Assembly (NCBI GenBank): GCA_041905795.1
Contig: JAYRKL010000007.1
Location: 112,572 to 176,571, forward strand
Source: Rhodospirillaceae bacterium
GTDB lineage: Bacteria > Pseudomonadota > Alphaproteobacteria > Rhodospirillales > Rhodospirillaceae
DNA: 64,000 bases
Reading direction: 5' to 3'
The notes under the pieces are model-generated. The model had not been told where the DNA came from and did not search any database. It was given only the letters and a program-made list of their open reading frames with translations. Within the stretch, counting starts at the first letter, position 1. Each line of letters opens with the position of its first letter. The position numbers were made by a program, and so were the translations under genes. Shown piece after piece: positions 49,503 to 58,686 of this stretch.

Positions 49503-50752
49503 CAAAGCCGCGTGCGTACCAGGCCGTCGATATAGCGGCCCTGGAACAAGGTGATACCCAGCTGCTGGCCGACCTTGACGCAGGCTTCGGAGTCGCAGCG
49601 CGCGAGGATGGTGCGGCCTTTCTTGCGCTCGCGGATCAGGTCTTTCAGGTCCTTGCCCATCTCGGAACCCGCATAAGCGGCCATTTCCTGGCTCCAGCCG
49701 AGTTTGGCGTAGGCGACGCCCAGGCGCAGGGTGTCGGCGTAAGGGAACGTGTTCAGGTTCAGGCCGTCGACACAGATGCGGTAGCCGCGCTCGGTGACGA
49801 AGTCGCGGGCGAAGGCGAAGGCATTGGGATCGGCGAACATGTCTTCCAGGCGCATCTCCAACACCACGTCCTGGCTCGAGGGCGCGAAGTCGTCGTCGAA
49901 CTGCAGGAAATCTTCCGACAGCACGGTGGAGACGTTGACATTGATGGAGAAGCCGTCGCGCACCAGGGTTCGGTCCTCGCGCCGCGCGATCTGCGCCATG
50001 ACGCGCCGGTCCAGGGTCTGGGTGAAGCGCTGGAACAGCCACGGATTGATGGTCAGATTGGTGCGCGGCATCAGGGTTTCGCGCAGGTCGGGGATCGACA
50101 CGAACACTTCCGTGAAGATCACTTCGGGCTTGCCGTCCTCGACGAAGGCGCACACCGGTTGTCTGCGGGTGAAGCTCGACAGATCGACGCGCTGCAGCGA
50201 GTCCTCGGCTTTGCCCAGTTCCAGCGGCGTGAGCGGCGTGCCCTTCTCGGGGTTGGAGCGCATCAGTTCGCGCTCGGCGATCAGCTCGGTCAGGTTCTTG
50301 CGCACGGCCTTCTCGCTGCCGGCGCTCTGGCGCATGGCAAAGGCCAATAACTTGTCGTAGTCCTTGCTCATGTCGAACCAGCTCGACAGCCGGTTCTGGC
50401 GCGCGTCGTTCTTGAATTTCTGCATCAGCGCGTCGCGTTCCCACAGCTTCAGCAGCTTGAGGACGGCGCGCTCGGCGGTGTCGGTCTCGTGGCGCTCGAA
50501 CACGACCATGAGGTCGGAGTTGCGCAGGCGGTAGAGCCAGGCGGAGCGCGTGCGCGTGAGTTCGTCGAAGGCGGTTTCGGCGTTGCGCAGGTTCTGCTTG
50601 TCGCGGTGTTCGGGCTCCAGGCGCGACAGATGCAGGCGGATCACGCCCTTGTTGCGGTTGCCCGGATCCATGGCGCGCAGATCGTCGAGGAAGCGCGCTT
50701 CATGGCTTTCGCCCAGGGGATGGGTGGCGGTGCCGCCGGCCTGATCGCTCAT
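49502..50752 (-). CDS. Cytoplasmic protein with degenerate GGDEF-like and EAL-like regions (paralogue B)
   Basis: By-eye alignment to EAL landmarks: FTEVFVSI / INVNVS / VVLEMRLED / ICVDGLNLNT / AKLGW / LARCDS / FQGRY. The N-terminal region has 'LRNSDLMVVF' where GGDEF would sit. ATGA overlap with paralogue A. Confidence 0.72.
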   Translation of the reverse strand: MSDQAGGTATHPLGESHEARFLDDLRAMDPGNRNKGVIRLHLSRLEPEHRDKQNLRNAETAFDELTRTRSAWLYRLRNSDLMVVFERHETDTAERAVLKLLKLWERDALMQKFKNDARQNRLSSWFDMSKDYDKLLAFAMRQSAGSEKAVRKNLTELIAERELMRSNPEKGTPLTPLELGKAEDSLQRVDLSSFTRRQPVCAFVEDGKPEVIFTEVFVSIPDLRETLMPRTNLTINPWLFQRFTQTLDRRVMAQIARREDRTLVRDGFSINVNVSTVLSEDFLQFDDDFAPSSQDVVLEMRLEDMFADPNAFAFARDFVTERGYRICVDGLNLNTFPYADTLRLGVAYAKLGWSQEMAAYAGSEMGKDLKDLIRERKKGRTILARCDSEACVKVGQQLGITLFQGRYIDGLVRTRL

Positions 50753-51993
50753 TTCGGCGCTCCCGCCGGGGTGCGCGCGCCCGCCGCCGGCGCGGCCTGC
50801 GCCGGGCGCTTGCGGCCCTTGCTGAAGGCGTCGAGGAAGTGGCCTTGGAACACGCAGATGCCGGTCTTCAGCCCCCACGCCAGGGCGGCGGCTGATTCGC
50901 AGCGGGAGAGGATGGTCTTGTCGGCGCCGATCTCGGCGATCATGGCGCTGGTGTTGGCGAGGCTCTTGGTGTTGGACGTGTCGAGGAGTTCCGGCGCCCA
51001 GACGATCTTGACGTAGTCGGGCTTCATGGCCGCCACGTCCAGCATCTCGATGGTGGTGGTGGTGAGGCCGTCGATCAGGATGGCGTGGCCCATGGACGCC
51101 ATCACGTTGCGTATGTCGATATACATGCCGATGTTGGTCAGGAGGTCGGCCGCGGTCACCTCGACGATGACTTTCTGCCCTTTCTCCAGCGCCTGGACGA
51201 AGCTGCCGAAGGCGGGCGTCAGGATGGTCTCGAGGTTGAGATTCAGGCTGAGGCAGGGAATGCCGCGGGCCTGGGGGGCACGCACCACGCTCTCCAGCAT
51301 GCGGATGTCCATGGTGCGGGACAGGTCCTGGAACAGCGACCGGTCGCCGAACAGATTGATGTGGGGCGCGATGGTGCGCTGCAGATCGCCCACCGACAGG
51401 AAAAACTCGTAGAACTCGATCGAGGCTTCCTTGGTCTGCGGATTGATGCGCAAGGCCACCTGGTCGCGGATGAAGGGCACGACGTTGGCGAAGGCGAGTT
51501 TCTTCTGCACGTCATCGAGCATCGCCGGCGTGATCGGCGGCAGCGGCGCGGCCAGCGCCCGGGGCGGCGCAACCTGGGCTTCCTGGCGCAACTGCTGGGC
51601 GGCGTGGATCGCCACCGCGGCGTCCAGCGCCAGGTCGTACCAGGCGATGAACTGGTCGTTGCCCTCGGCGTCGTCCAGGGTGATCGGGTCGCCCTCGAAC
51701 AGTTTGCGTACGCGCAGCACGATGTTGTTGACGTCGCGCTGGGCGCCGCCGTTGAGGATCAGCACCAGGTCGTCGTTGGACAGGTTGAAGAGCTGCGCCT
51801 GGCGGCCGCTTTCCAGCACGCGGAACATGCGCGTGACGATCTTGATGCGGACCGGGGTGCGGTTGGAGGGCAGCAGCTTGGACAGGCGGATATGCACCGC
51901 CTTGCGGCCCTCGGGGTTACGCCGGACGCGGTCGAGGGTGTCGACCAACAGGGTCTCTTGGTAGCCTTTGGCGCCCTGGTTCGTTGCGTTCAT
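50749..51993 (-). CDS. Cytoplasmic protein with degenerate GGDEF-like and EAL-like regions (paralogue A)
   Basis: It has the same architecture as paralogue B: FYEFFLSV / LNLNLE / VIVEVTAAD / ILIDGLTTTT / VKIVW / LSRCES / FQGHF. The N-terminal region has 'LSNDDLVLIL'. No signal peptide or TM segment. Confidence 0.72.
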   Translation of the reverse strand: MNATNQGAKGYQETLLVDTLDRVRRNPEGRKAVHIRLSKLLPSNRTPVRIKIVTRMFRVLESGRQAQLFNLSNDDLVLILNGGAQRDVNNIVLRVRKLFEGDPITLDDAEGNDQFIAWYDLALDAAVAIHAAQQLRQEAQVAPPRALAAPLPPITPAMLDDVQKKLAFANVVPFIRDQVALRINPQTKEASIEFYEFFLSVGDLQRTIAPHINLFGDRSLFQDLSRTMDIRMLESVVRAPQARGIPCLSLNLNLETILTPAFGSFVQALEKGQKVIVEVTAADLLTNIGMYIDIRNVMASMGHAILIDGLTTTTIEMLDVAAMKPDYVKIVWAPELLDTSNTKSLANTSAMIAEIGADKTILSRCESAAALAWGLKTGICVFQGHFLDAFSKGRKRPAQAAPAAGARTPAGAPK

Positions 51994-52232
51994 GCGTCTT
52001 CAATTGTAGAGAAGCGGAAAGCCGTCCAGCCGGGGTTTCCGGACCCTGGTTGCCGTGTGGTTTTAGCGTCTCAAACCCTGGCCGTCCAATGGGTCATCCT
52101 GACCGGTAACCATTTGGAAAAGATTAACGAATATTTTGCTGCACGGTCCGGGTATACCCGGAAAAGCGGCCCCGGCGGCGGTTTCCGGGATCCGCGTACG
52201 CGACCGGCTCTTGAAGTGGGTTTGAGGATCGA

Positions 52233-53171
52233 ATGACACGCATTGTGGTGACGGGCGGCGCCGGGTTCATCGGTTCCCATATATGTGAACGGCTCCTGGC
52301 CGCCGGCAACGAGGTGCTGTGTGTGGATAACTTCTTCACCGGGCGCCGGCAGAACATCACGCCGATGCTCGCCAACCACAATTTCGAGCTGATCCGGCAC
52401 GACGTCACCTTCCCGCTCTATATCGAGGCCGACCAGATCTACAACATGGCCTGCCCGGCCTCGCCGGTGCACTACCAGTTCGATCCGGTGCAGACCACCA
52501 AGACCAGCGTCCACGGCGCCATCAACATGCTGGGGCTGGCCAAGCGCACAAAGGCGAAAATCCTCCAGGCTTCCACCAGCGAGGTCTACGGCGACCCGGC
52601 CATTCATCCGCAGGTGGAAAGTTACTGGGGCAACGTCAATCCCATCGGCCCGCGCGCCTGCTACGACGAAGGCAAGCGCTGCGCCGAAACCCTGTTCTTC
52701 GACTATTACCGCCAGCACAAGCTGCGCATCCGCGTGGTGCGCATCTTCAACACCTATGGCCCGCGCATGCTGCCGGACGACGGCCGCGTGGTGTCCAACT
52801 TCGCGGTGCAGGCGCTCAAGGGCGAGCCCATCACGGTCTACGGCAAAGGCGACCAGACCCGGTCGTTCTGCTACGTCGACGATACCGTGGACGGGATCAT
52901 CCGCCTGATGAACGCGCCGGACGACGTCACCGGCCCGGTCAACATCGGCAATCCCGTGGAGACCACGGTCTACGAACTGGCGGAAAAGATCATCAAGCTC
53001 GCCAAGTCGCCGTCGAAAATCATCCACAAGCCCTTGCCGCAGGACGACCCCGTGCGCCGCCGTCCCGATATCGGCATCGCCAAGGACAAGCTGTCGTGGC
53101 AGCCGTCCGTCGCTCTCGACGACGGCCTGGAACGCACGGTGCATTTCTTCCGCGGACTGCTCGCGCAATAG
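52233..53171 (+). CDS. UDP-glucuronate decarboxylase (UDP-xylose synthase) SDR
   Basis: '[13 protein letters not shown]', '[10 protein letters not shown]' and 'YDEGKRCAE' are characteristic of UXS. Confidence 0.9.
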   Translation: MTRIVVTGGAGFIGSHICERLLAAGNEVLCVDNFFTGRRQNITPMLANHNFELIRHDVTFPLYIEADQIYNMACPASPVHYQFDPVQTTKTSVHGAINMLGLAKRTKAKILQASTSEVYGDPAIHPQVESYWGNVNPIGPRACYDEGKRCAETLFFDYYRQHKLRIRVVRIFNTYGPRMLPDDGRVVSNFAVQALKGEPITVYGKGDQTRSFCYVDDTVDGIIRLMNAPDDVTGPVNIGNPVETTVYELAEKIIKLAKSPSKIIHKPLPQDDPVRRRPDIGIAKDKLSWQPSVALDDGLERTVHFFRGLLAQ

Positions 53172-53187
53172 ACCGGACGGGCCATCC

Positions 53188-54690
53188 ATGCCTTCAGGCC
53201 CCGACGGTTCCGATCCCAGCGCGCCCTTTGAGCAAGCGGCGGCCGGACTGATCGGCGATTTCGCCGGCCGGCGCATCCTGTGTGTCGGCGACGTGATGGT
53301 GGATCACTCGCTCTACGGCGAAGTCAAACGCCTGTCGCCGGAAGCCCCGGTGCCGGTGGTGCGCGTCACCCGCGAGTCCAGCGACCTTGGCGGCGCCGGC
53401 AACGTGGCGCGCAATATCGCCGCCCTGGGCGCGTCCTGCGCCTTCGTGTCGATCATCGGCGACGATCGCGGCGGTCAGCAGGCCAGCGAATTGCTGGCGC
53501 GCCTGCCGCAGACCGATCCCTACCTGCGCGTCGCGAAGGGCCGCGAAACCACCATCAAGAACCGCTTCTTCAGCAACGACGGCCATCATCTGCTGCGCGC
53601 CGACCGCGAAACCGTGATGCCGCTGACCGGCGCCGATCTCGCCGACCTCGAACGCGCGGCGGCGGCGGAGATCGTCCGCTGCGACGCGGTGATCCTGTCC
53701 GACTACGCCAAAGGCATGCTGACCACCGGCCTGGCGGCGGCCGTGATCGCCGCCGCGCGCGCCGCCGGCAAGCCGGTGATCGTCGATCCGAAAACGTCCG
53801 ATTACGAGCGCTACCGCGGCGCCACCATCATCACCCCCAACCGCGCCGAACTGGCCGAAGCCACCGGCATGGCGGTGGAGTCCGACGCGGCCATTGTCGC
53901 GGCTGCGCAAGTCCTGCGCGGCCGCACCGGCGCCGCCGCCATCCTGGTCACACGCTCCGGTGAAGGCATGAGCCTGGTCGCCGGCGACGGCGTCTATCAT
54001 CTGCCGGCCGAGAACCGCGAAGTGGCCGATGTCACCGGCGCGGGCGATACCGTGATCGCGGTGTTCTCGCTGGCGGTGGCCGGCGGCGCATCCATGGTCG
54101 CGGCGGCGCGGCTGGCCAATATCGCTGCGGGTATTGTCGTCGGCCGCCAGGGCACGGCGGTCGCCACCGCCGCCGATCTCACGGCGGCGCTGCGGCACAG
54201 CGGTTTGGCCGGGGCGGAAGAGAAAATCGTGGACCGTGCGACCGCCGCCGCGAAGGCCGGCGACTGGCGGCGGCAGGGCTTGAAAGTGGGTTTCACCAAC
54301 GGCTGCTTCGATTTGCTGCATCCCGGCCATGTCTCGCTGCTGCGCCAGGCGCGCGCCGCCTGCGACCGCCTGGTGGTGGGTTTGAACAGCGACGCTTCGG
54401 TCAGACGCCTGAAGGGCGAGACCCGGCCGGTGCAGACCGAATCCGCGCGGGCGACGGTCATGGCCTCGCTGGCGTCGGTCGATCTGGTGGTGATCTTCGG
54501 CGAAGATACGCCGCTGGACCTGATCGAACAGGTGCGGCCCGACGTGCTGGTGAAAGGCGCGGACTACACCCGGGACAAGGTGGTCGGCGGCGATTTTGTC
54601 GAGAGCACCGGCGGGCGGGTAGTACTGGCGGAGGTGGTGCCGGCGTTTTCGACCACCGCGACCATTGCCTCGCTCAAGAAACCTGGGTGA
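53188..54690 (+). CDS. hldE: Bifunctional D-beta-D-heptose 7-phosphate kinase / heptose 1-phosphate adenylyltransferase
   Basis: N-terminal ribokinase-like domain ('GDVMVDHSLYGEV...PEAPVPV', 'TGAGDTV') and C-terminal cytidylyltransferase domain ('GFTNGCFDLLHPGHV'). Confidence 0.92.
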   Translation: MPSGPDGSDPSAPFEQAAAGLIGDFAGRRILCVGDVMVDHSLYGEVKRLSPEAPVPVVRVTRESSDLGGAGNVARNIAALGASCAFVSIIGDDRGGQQASELLARLPQTDPYLRVAKGRETTIKNRFFSNDGHHLLRADRETVMPLTGADLADLERAAAAEIVRCDAVILSDYAKGMLTTGLAAAVIAAARAAGKPVIVDPKTSDYERYRGATIITPNRAELAEATGMAVESDAAIVAAAQVLRGRTGAAAILVTRSGEGMSLVAGDGVYHLPAENREVADVTGAGDTVIAVFSLAVAGGASMVAAARLANIAAGIVVGRQGTAVATAADLTAALRHSGLAGAEEKIVDRATAAAKAGDWRRQGLKVGFTNGCFDLLHPGHVSLLRQARAACDRLVVGLNSDASVRRLKGETRPVQTESARATVMASLASVDLVVIFGEDTPLDLIEQVRPDVLVKGADYTRDKVVGGDFVESTGGRVVLAEVVPAFSTTATIASLKKPG

Positions 54691-54714
54691 TGATGGGGGC
54701 TTGGGGGACCGACG

Positions 54715-55104
54715 ATGAAAAAATCAGGATCGCATCTTCTGGCTTGTGCCGCGGGGCTGGCGCTCTCGGCCTGCGGCAATGACGGCCGCCTGTTCCCCGA
54801 TGTGAAGACCGCCGAAGTCTTCGGCACCCAGTACGCCGCTCCGGCGCCGACCGTGCGCCAGCCGATCCTGCCGGAAATGCTGGTGCCCTGCCGCGGCCAT
54901 GTGCTGGTGCCGGCCATCGGCATGCTGCTGGTGCCGCGCGGCAAGGAAGCGCCGGCGGAAGGCCAATACCTCAAGGAAGAGCACCTCACCGCGCCCTACC
55001 GCATCCTGCCGCCGGGTGCGCGCATCAGCCAGGAAATCAGCCCGGCGCGCCTGAATGTCGAACTGGACCGCGATGGCCGCATCACCGGCCTGTATTGCGG
55101 CTGA
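54715..55104 (+). CDS. Lipoprotein with peptidase-inhibitor I78-like C-terminal domain
   Basis: Lipobox 'LALSACGN' and C-terminal 'YRILPPGARISQEISPARLNVELDRDGRITGLYCG'. Confidence 0.68.
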   Translation: MKKSGSHLLACAAGLALSACGNDGRLFPDVKTAEVFGTQYAAPAPTVRQPILPEMLVPCRGHVLVPAIGMLLVPRGKEAPAEGQYLKEEHLTAPYRILPPGARISQEISPARLNVELDRDGRITGLYCG

Positions 55105-55152
55105 GCGCGTTTCCGGGAAAGCCGTTCCGTCCGGACAGGCGCCGAAAATACA

Positions 55153-55701
55153 TCAGTAATCTTGAATCCGCGGATCGGTCATGGCGTTGAGCCTTTGACC
55201 GGCGGCCAAGGCAAACCGCAATGTCAGCGCCTTGCGCCGGCCGGCGTGCAGCGGATGATGCGGCGCCTGGCGTACCACCGCCGCCGAGTAGTTATCGGCG
55301 ATGATGACGCCGCAGGTGGCAGGCAGGATCTGCCAGGGGAAGTGCGGCGGCACGGCGAAGGAAAACGCGTCGCAGTAAGGCACGTATTCCAGCCACTTGG
55401 CGTCGCCCCTGAAATCCTCGGGCGTGCTTTTCACTTCCACCATCAGGATGACGCCGGCGGCGTTGAGGCCCACCACATCCGCCCGCCGGCCGTTGCCCAG
55501 CTTGAATTCCATCAGGTTCGAGAACCCCAGGTCATCCATCCAGCGGCAGACGCCGCGCGTGACGGCGGCGGTCACTGCCGGCGGCGACATGGCGCGGCTC
55601 AGGGTGCTGTGGGCCTCTGCGCCGGGTGCGATCACCGGCGCATCGGCGGCGCCGAAGTCAGTTGCAGAAACCAGATCGGACAAGCCCGGGATGTTCCTCA
55701 T
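55153..55701 (-). CDS. MmcB-family DNA repair (endonuclease-like) protein
   Basis: 'RRADVVGLNAAGVILMVEVKSTPEDFRGDAKW' PD-(D/E)xK-like core. Start set at the ATG for MRNIPG. Confidence 0.72.
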   Translation of the reverse strand: MRNIPGLSDLVSATDFGAADAPVIAPGAEAHSTLSRAMSPPAVTAAVTRGVCRWMDDLGFSNLMEFKLGNGRRADVVGLNAAGVILMVEVKSTPEDFRGDAKWLEYVPYCDAFSFAVPPHFPWQILPATCGVIIADNYSAAVVRQAPHHPLHAGRRKALTLRFALAAGQRLNAMTDPRIQDY

Positions 55702-55891
55702 ATGTTCCCCCGCACCGCACTCTACGGCGCGCCGCGTCCGCTCGCAACAACATGACCGACAAGCCAGGGCCAACAAGCGGGCCAGCAAGGGAGGCAAGGA
55801 CATGGCTGCCATCGCGTCCTCGTGTGTTTTATTCGCCGGCTAACTCCCTATGGTGTCGCCGCTTTTTTGGTTTGAGACGGTGGAGACGACG

Positions 55892-56311
55892 ATGAAAGTG
55901 ATCCGGGCCAAGCTTCACGGCATCAAGGTGACGGGGGCGGATCTGCATTATCACGGGTCCATTACCCTGGACCCCGAGCACGGCGCGGCCGCCGGGCTCT
56001 ATCCCACCGAGTTCGTGGAGATCTGGAACAAGAATTCTGGCGCCCGCATCACCACCTATGTGATCTACGGCGTGCCGGGATCGCGCTGCTGCATCTTGAA
56101 CGGCGCCGCGGCGCGCACCTGCCAGAAGGGCGACGAGCTGATCATCGCCGCGTCGGACGACGTGCGGCCGGAAGACCTGTATGCCTTGAAGCCGAAGGTG
56201 TTGACCTTCACCCCCGACAACGACATCGACCAGGTGCTGCAGTACGAGGTCTACAAAGGACCCGAGCGGGATTTCGATTTCCGGATCGTTGACCTGACGC
56301 CGCGTAAGTAA
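55892..56311 (+). CDS. panD: Aspartate 1-decarboxylase
   Basis: 'MKVIRAKLHGIKVTGADLHYHGSITLD', including the Gly-Ser self-cleavage site. Confidence 0.92.
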   Translation: MKVIRAKLHGIKVTGADLHYHGSITLDPEHGAAAGLYPTEFVEIWNKNSGARITTYVIYGVPGSRCCILNGAAARTCQKGDELIIAASDDVRPEDLYALKPKVLTFTPDNDIDQVLQYEVYKGPERDFDFRIVDLTPRK

Positions 56312-56320
56312 AGCGGCGGA

Positions 56321-56361
56321 CTACTGGCCGGTGGTGATGCGCTCAACAAGCTGCTTCACAG
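56321..56361 (-). pseudogene. Orphan duplicate of the last 13 codons plus stop of the downstream NMO-family gene
   Basis: 41 bp match 56405-56445 with 3 mismatches. The fragment reads AVKQLVERITTGQ-TAG, against TVKQLVERITTGQ-TGA in the intact gene. Confidence 0.7.
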
Positions 56362-56404
56362 CCAAAGGCCGTTTACGGCCGTCTAAAACAAAACGGCAGG
56401 GCAC

Positions 56405-57802
56405 TCACTGGCCGGTAGTGATGCGCTCAACAAGCTGCTTCACAGTCGGCACGAAGCCGTTGCGGTACCAGGGGTCTTGCCCGAAGCGATACGCGTTATG
56501 ACCGGCGAACATCAGTTCCTGTTCGATGTTGCCGTCGTGGGCGATGTTCTGCAGGGTCTTCTGGATGCAGAAGCTGCGCGGATCGGCTTTGCGGCCGGTG
56601 GCGCCTTCTTCGTTCTGCGACCAGTTGGAGAAGGCGCAGGCCGACAGGCAGCCCATGCAATCGATCTGGTCGACGCGAATCTCTTCGGCCTTGGGCGGGG
56701 TCACGAAGATCAAGGTCGCGTCGGGGGTTTTCATGGTTTCGGTAAACCCGGCCGCGATCCAGGCCGCGGCGCGCACCTTGTCGGCGGCGGTCACATAGAC
56801 ATCGCGTTTGCGCGCGCCCACCGACAGCGTCGTGTCGTGGGCGCCCACGGGCTCGGGCGTAAAGGGAATCTGGCGCTCGCTGCGCTGATGCAGCTCGTCC
56901 AGGAACGGATTGCGCACCGCCGACGAATAGAAGCCGGTGGGGCTGAACCTCTGCAGATCGACGTCACCGGGCCGCAGTTCGGCGAGGCGTTTCTTCCACT
57001 CCGGTGAAATCGGGCTTTCCTGGGTGAGCAGCGGGCGCGTGCCGAACTGGAACGCCACCGGGCCGATCTCCGGATTGTCCAGCCAGTGTTCCCATTCCGA
57101 CAGCCACCACACACCGCCCGCCATGATGATCGGCGTCCGCTGCAGGCCGGCTTCGTTCATCACCGCGCGCAGGGCGGCGACGCGGGGATACGGATCCTCG
57201 GGATGGCGCGGGTCTTCGGAGTTGGACAGGCCGTTGTGACCGCCGGCCAGCCACGGGTCTTCATAGACCACGCCGCCCAGCAGTTCGGAGAATTTGTGAT
57301 AGGCGCGTTTCCATAAGGCGCGGAAGGCGCGGCCCGAGGAAATGATCGGGTAGTAATGCAGGCCGTAATGCGCGGCGATTTCGGCGAGTTTATAGGGCAT
57401 GCCGGCGCCGCAGGTGACGCCCTGGATGATGCCTTTGCACTTCTCCATGACGCCGTGAAGCACACGCTCCGCGCCGCCCATTTCCCAGAGGATATTGATG
57501 TGCAGGCGGCCCTGGCCGCCCCGCGTTTCGTGGGCGATGCGCGCCTGGGTGACGCCGCCGTCGATGGCGTAGCGCACCAACTCTTCGTGGCGTTCCTTGC
57601 GGGTGCGGCCGTGGTAGATCTGCGGAATGAATTTGCCGCCGGCGTCGTAGGAGTCGGCGTTGACGCCGGAGAAGGTGCCGATGCCGCCGGCGGCGGCCCA
57701 GGCGCCCGACGACAGGCCATTGGACACGGCCACGCCTTTGCCGCCCTCGACGAGGGGCAGCACTTCCTGGCCGGCAATGACAATCGAATTCAGCGCCTTC
57801 AC
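56405..57802 (-). CDS. NAD(P)H-dependent flavin oxidoreductase (nitronate monooxygenase / 2-nitropropane dioxygenase family, long form)
   Basis: 'LPLVEGGKGVAVSNG', 'VTCGAGMPY' and 'IIMAGGVWW' NMO-like motifs. GTG start (VKALNS) inferred. Confidence 0.82.
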   Translation of the reverse strand: MKALNSIVIAGQEVLPLVEGGKGVAVSNGLSSGAWAAAGGIGTFSGVNADSYDAGGKFIPQIYHGRTRKERHEELVRYAIDGGVTQARIAHETRGGQGRLHINILWEMGGAERVLHGVMEKCKGIIQGVTCGAGMPYKLAEIAAHYGLHYYPIISSGRAFRALWKRAYHKFSELLGGVVYEDPWLAGGHNGLSNSEDPRHPEDPYPRVAALRAVMNEAGLQRTPIIMAGGVWWLSEWEHWLDNPEIGPVAFQFGTRPLLTQESPISPEWKKRLAELRPGDVDLQRFSPTGFYSSAVRNPFLDELHQRSERQIPFTPEPVGAHDTTLSVGARKRDVYVTAADKVRAAAWIAAGFTETMKTPDATLIFVTPPKAEEIRVDQIDCMGCLSACAFSNWSQNEEGATGRKADPRSFCIQKTLQNIAHDGNIEQELMFAGHNAYRFGQDPWYRNGFVPTVKQLVERITTGQ

Positions 57803-57916
57803 GATGTTCTTCGTCCCAACCCGCGAACTATGGGAAGTCCGCGCGCAATATAATGTGCCTCGACCCTTCAACCAAGCTTGCTAGTCAGTGGTGGTACACC
57901 AAGAAGCCCTTGAAAC

Positions 57917-58642
57917 CTAAGGAAAACTCTTCAGCAGAACCCCGGGGACGTCACTGAACAGCGCGTCCACGCCCCAGGAGAACAAAAGGCTCGCCCGGGC
58001 CTCGTCGTTGACGGTGTAGGCGGTCACCTTGCGGCCGGTGGCATGGACCGCGGCGACGATCTCCCGGCTCAGGTGCCGATGGTTCGCGCCCACCGATACC
58101 ACCTCAAGTTTGTCCGCCGCCTCCCGCCAGTCCTCCGCCACATGATCGAACAGGATGCCCCGGGGCCAGCCCGGCTGGACGTCCCTGGCGGTGGCGACGG
58201 CGGTGCGGGAAAAGCTCGAGATCAGGGGCGCTGCGCCGTCCCAGCAGGCGCGGGCGGTGGTCAGCGCCACGTCGGCGGTCTCCTGCTCGCGCCCGGCCGC
58301 CGGCTTGATCTCCATATTGAAGCCGAGGCCCAGCTCGGCGAACAGTTCGAGGGCTTCCTCGAGGGTCGGCACCGGCTCGCCGGAAAAATTCCGCGAGAAC
58401 CACGAGCCGGCGTCGAGATTGCGCAGCACGTCGAAGGGTGTGTCGCCGATGGCGCCGGCGCCGTCGGTGGTGCGGTCGAGCACGTCGTCGTGGAAGATCA
58501 CGGGGCGCCCATCGGCCGTGAGCACCACGTCGAACTCGACCCATTTGGCGCCATCGGCCGCGGCCTGGCGGAACGACGCCAGCGTGTTCTCGGGCGCCAG
58601 CCTGGGCGAGCCGCGGTGCGCGATGATGCGGGGAATCTGCAT
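57917..58642 (-). CDS. Glycerophosphodiester phosphodiesterase
   Basis: 'IIAHRGSPRLAPENTLASF' and 'VEFDVVLTADGRPVIFHDD' GDPD motifs. Start set at the ATG for MQIPRI. Confidence 0.88.
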   Translation of the reverse strand: MQIPRIIAHRGSPRLAPENTLASFRQAAADGAKWVEFDVVLTADGRPVIFHDDVLDRTTDGAGAIGDTPFDVLRNLDAGSWFSRNFSGEPVPTLEEALELFAELGLGFNMEIKPAAGREQETADVALTTARACWDGAAPLISSFSRTAVATARDVQPGWPRGILFDHVAEDWREAADKLEVVSVGANHRHLSREIVAAVHATGRKVTAYTVNDEARASLLFSWGVDALFSDVPGVLLKSFP

Positions 58643-58651
58643 CAGGAAGAT

Positions 58652-58678
58652 GCCCCCGCTCGGAGAATGAGCGGGGGC
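58652..58678 (-). terminator. GC-rich hairpin between the pnp stop and the next gene's start
   Basis: 10-bp stem GCCCCCGCTC / GAGCGGGGGC with a 7-nt loop. The U-tract on the minus strand is poor, so this is either a partial terminator or a 3'-end protecting hairpin. Confidence 0.45.
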
Positions 58679-58686
58679 TTTCCTTC

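Noticed and set aside
52322-52330. Perfect DnaA box complement TGTGGATAA.
   Set aside because: It lies inside the UDP-xylose synthase coding sequence (codons for V-D-N in 'LCVDNFF'). It is isolated, so it is most likely a coding coincidence.
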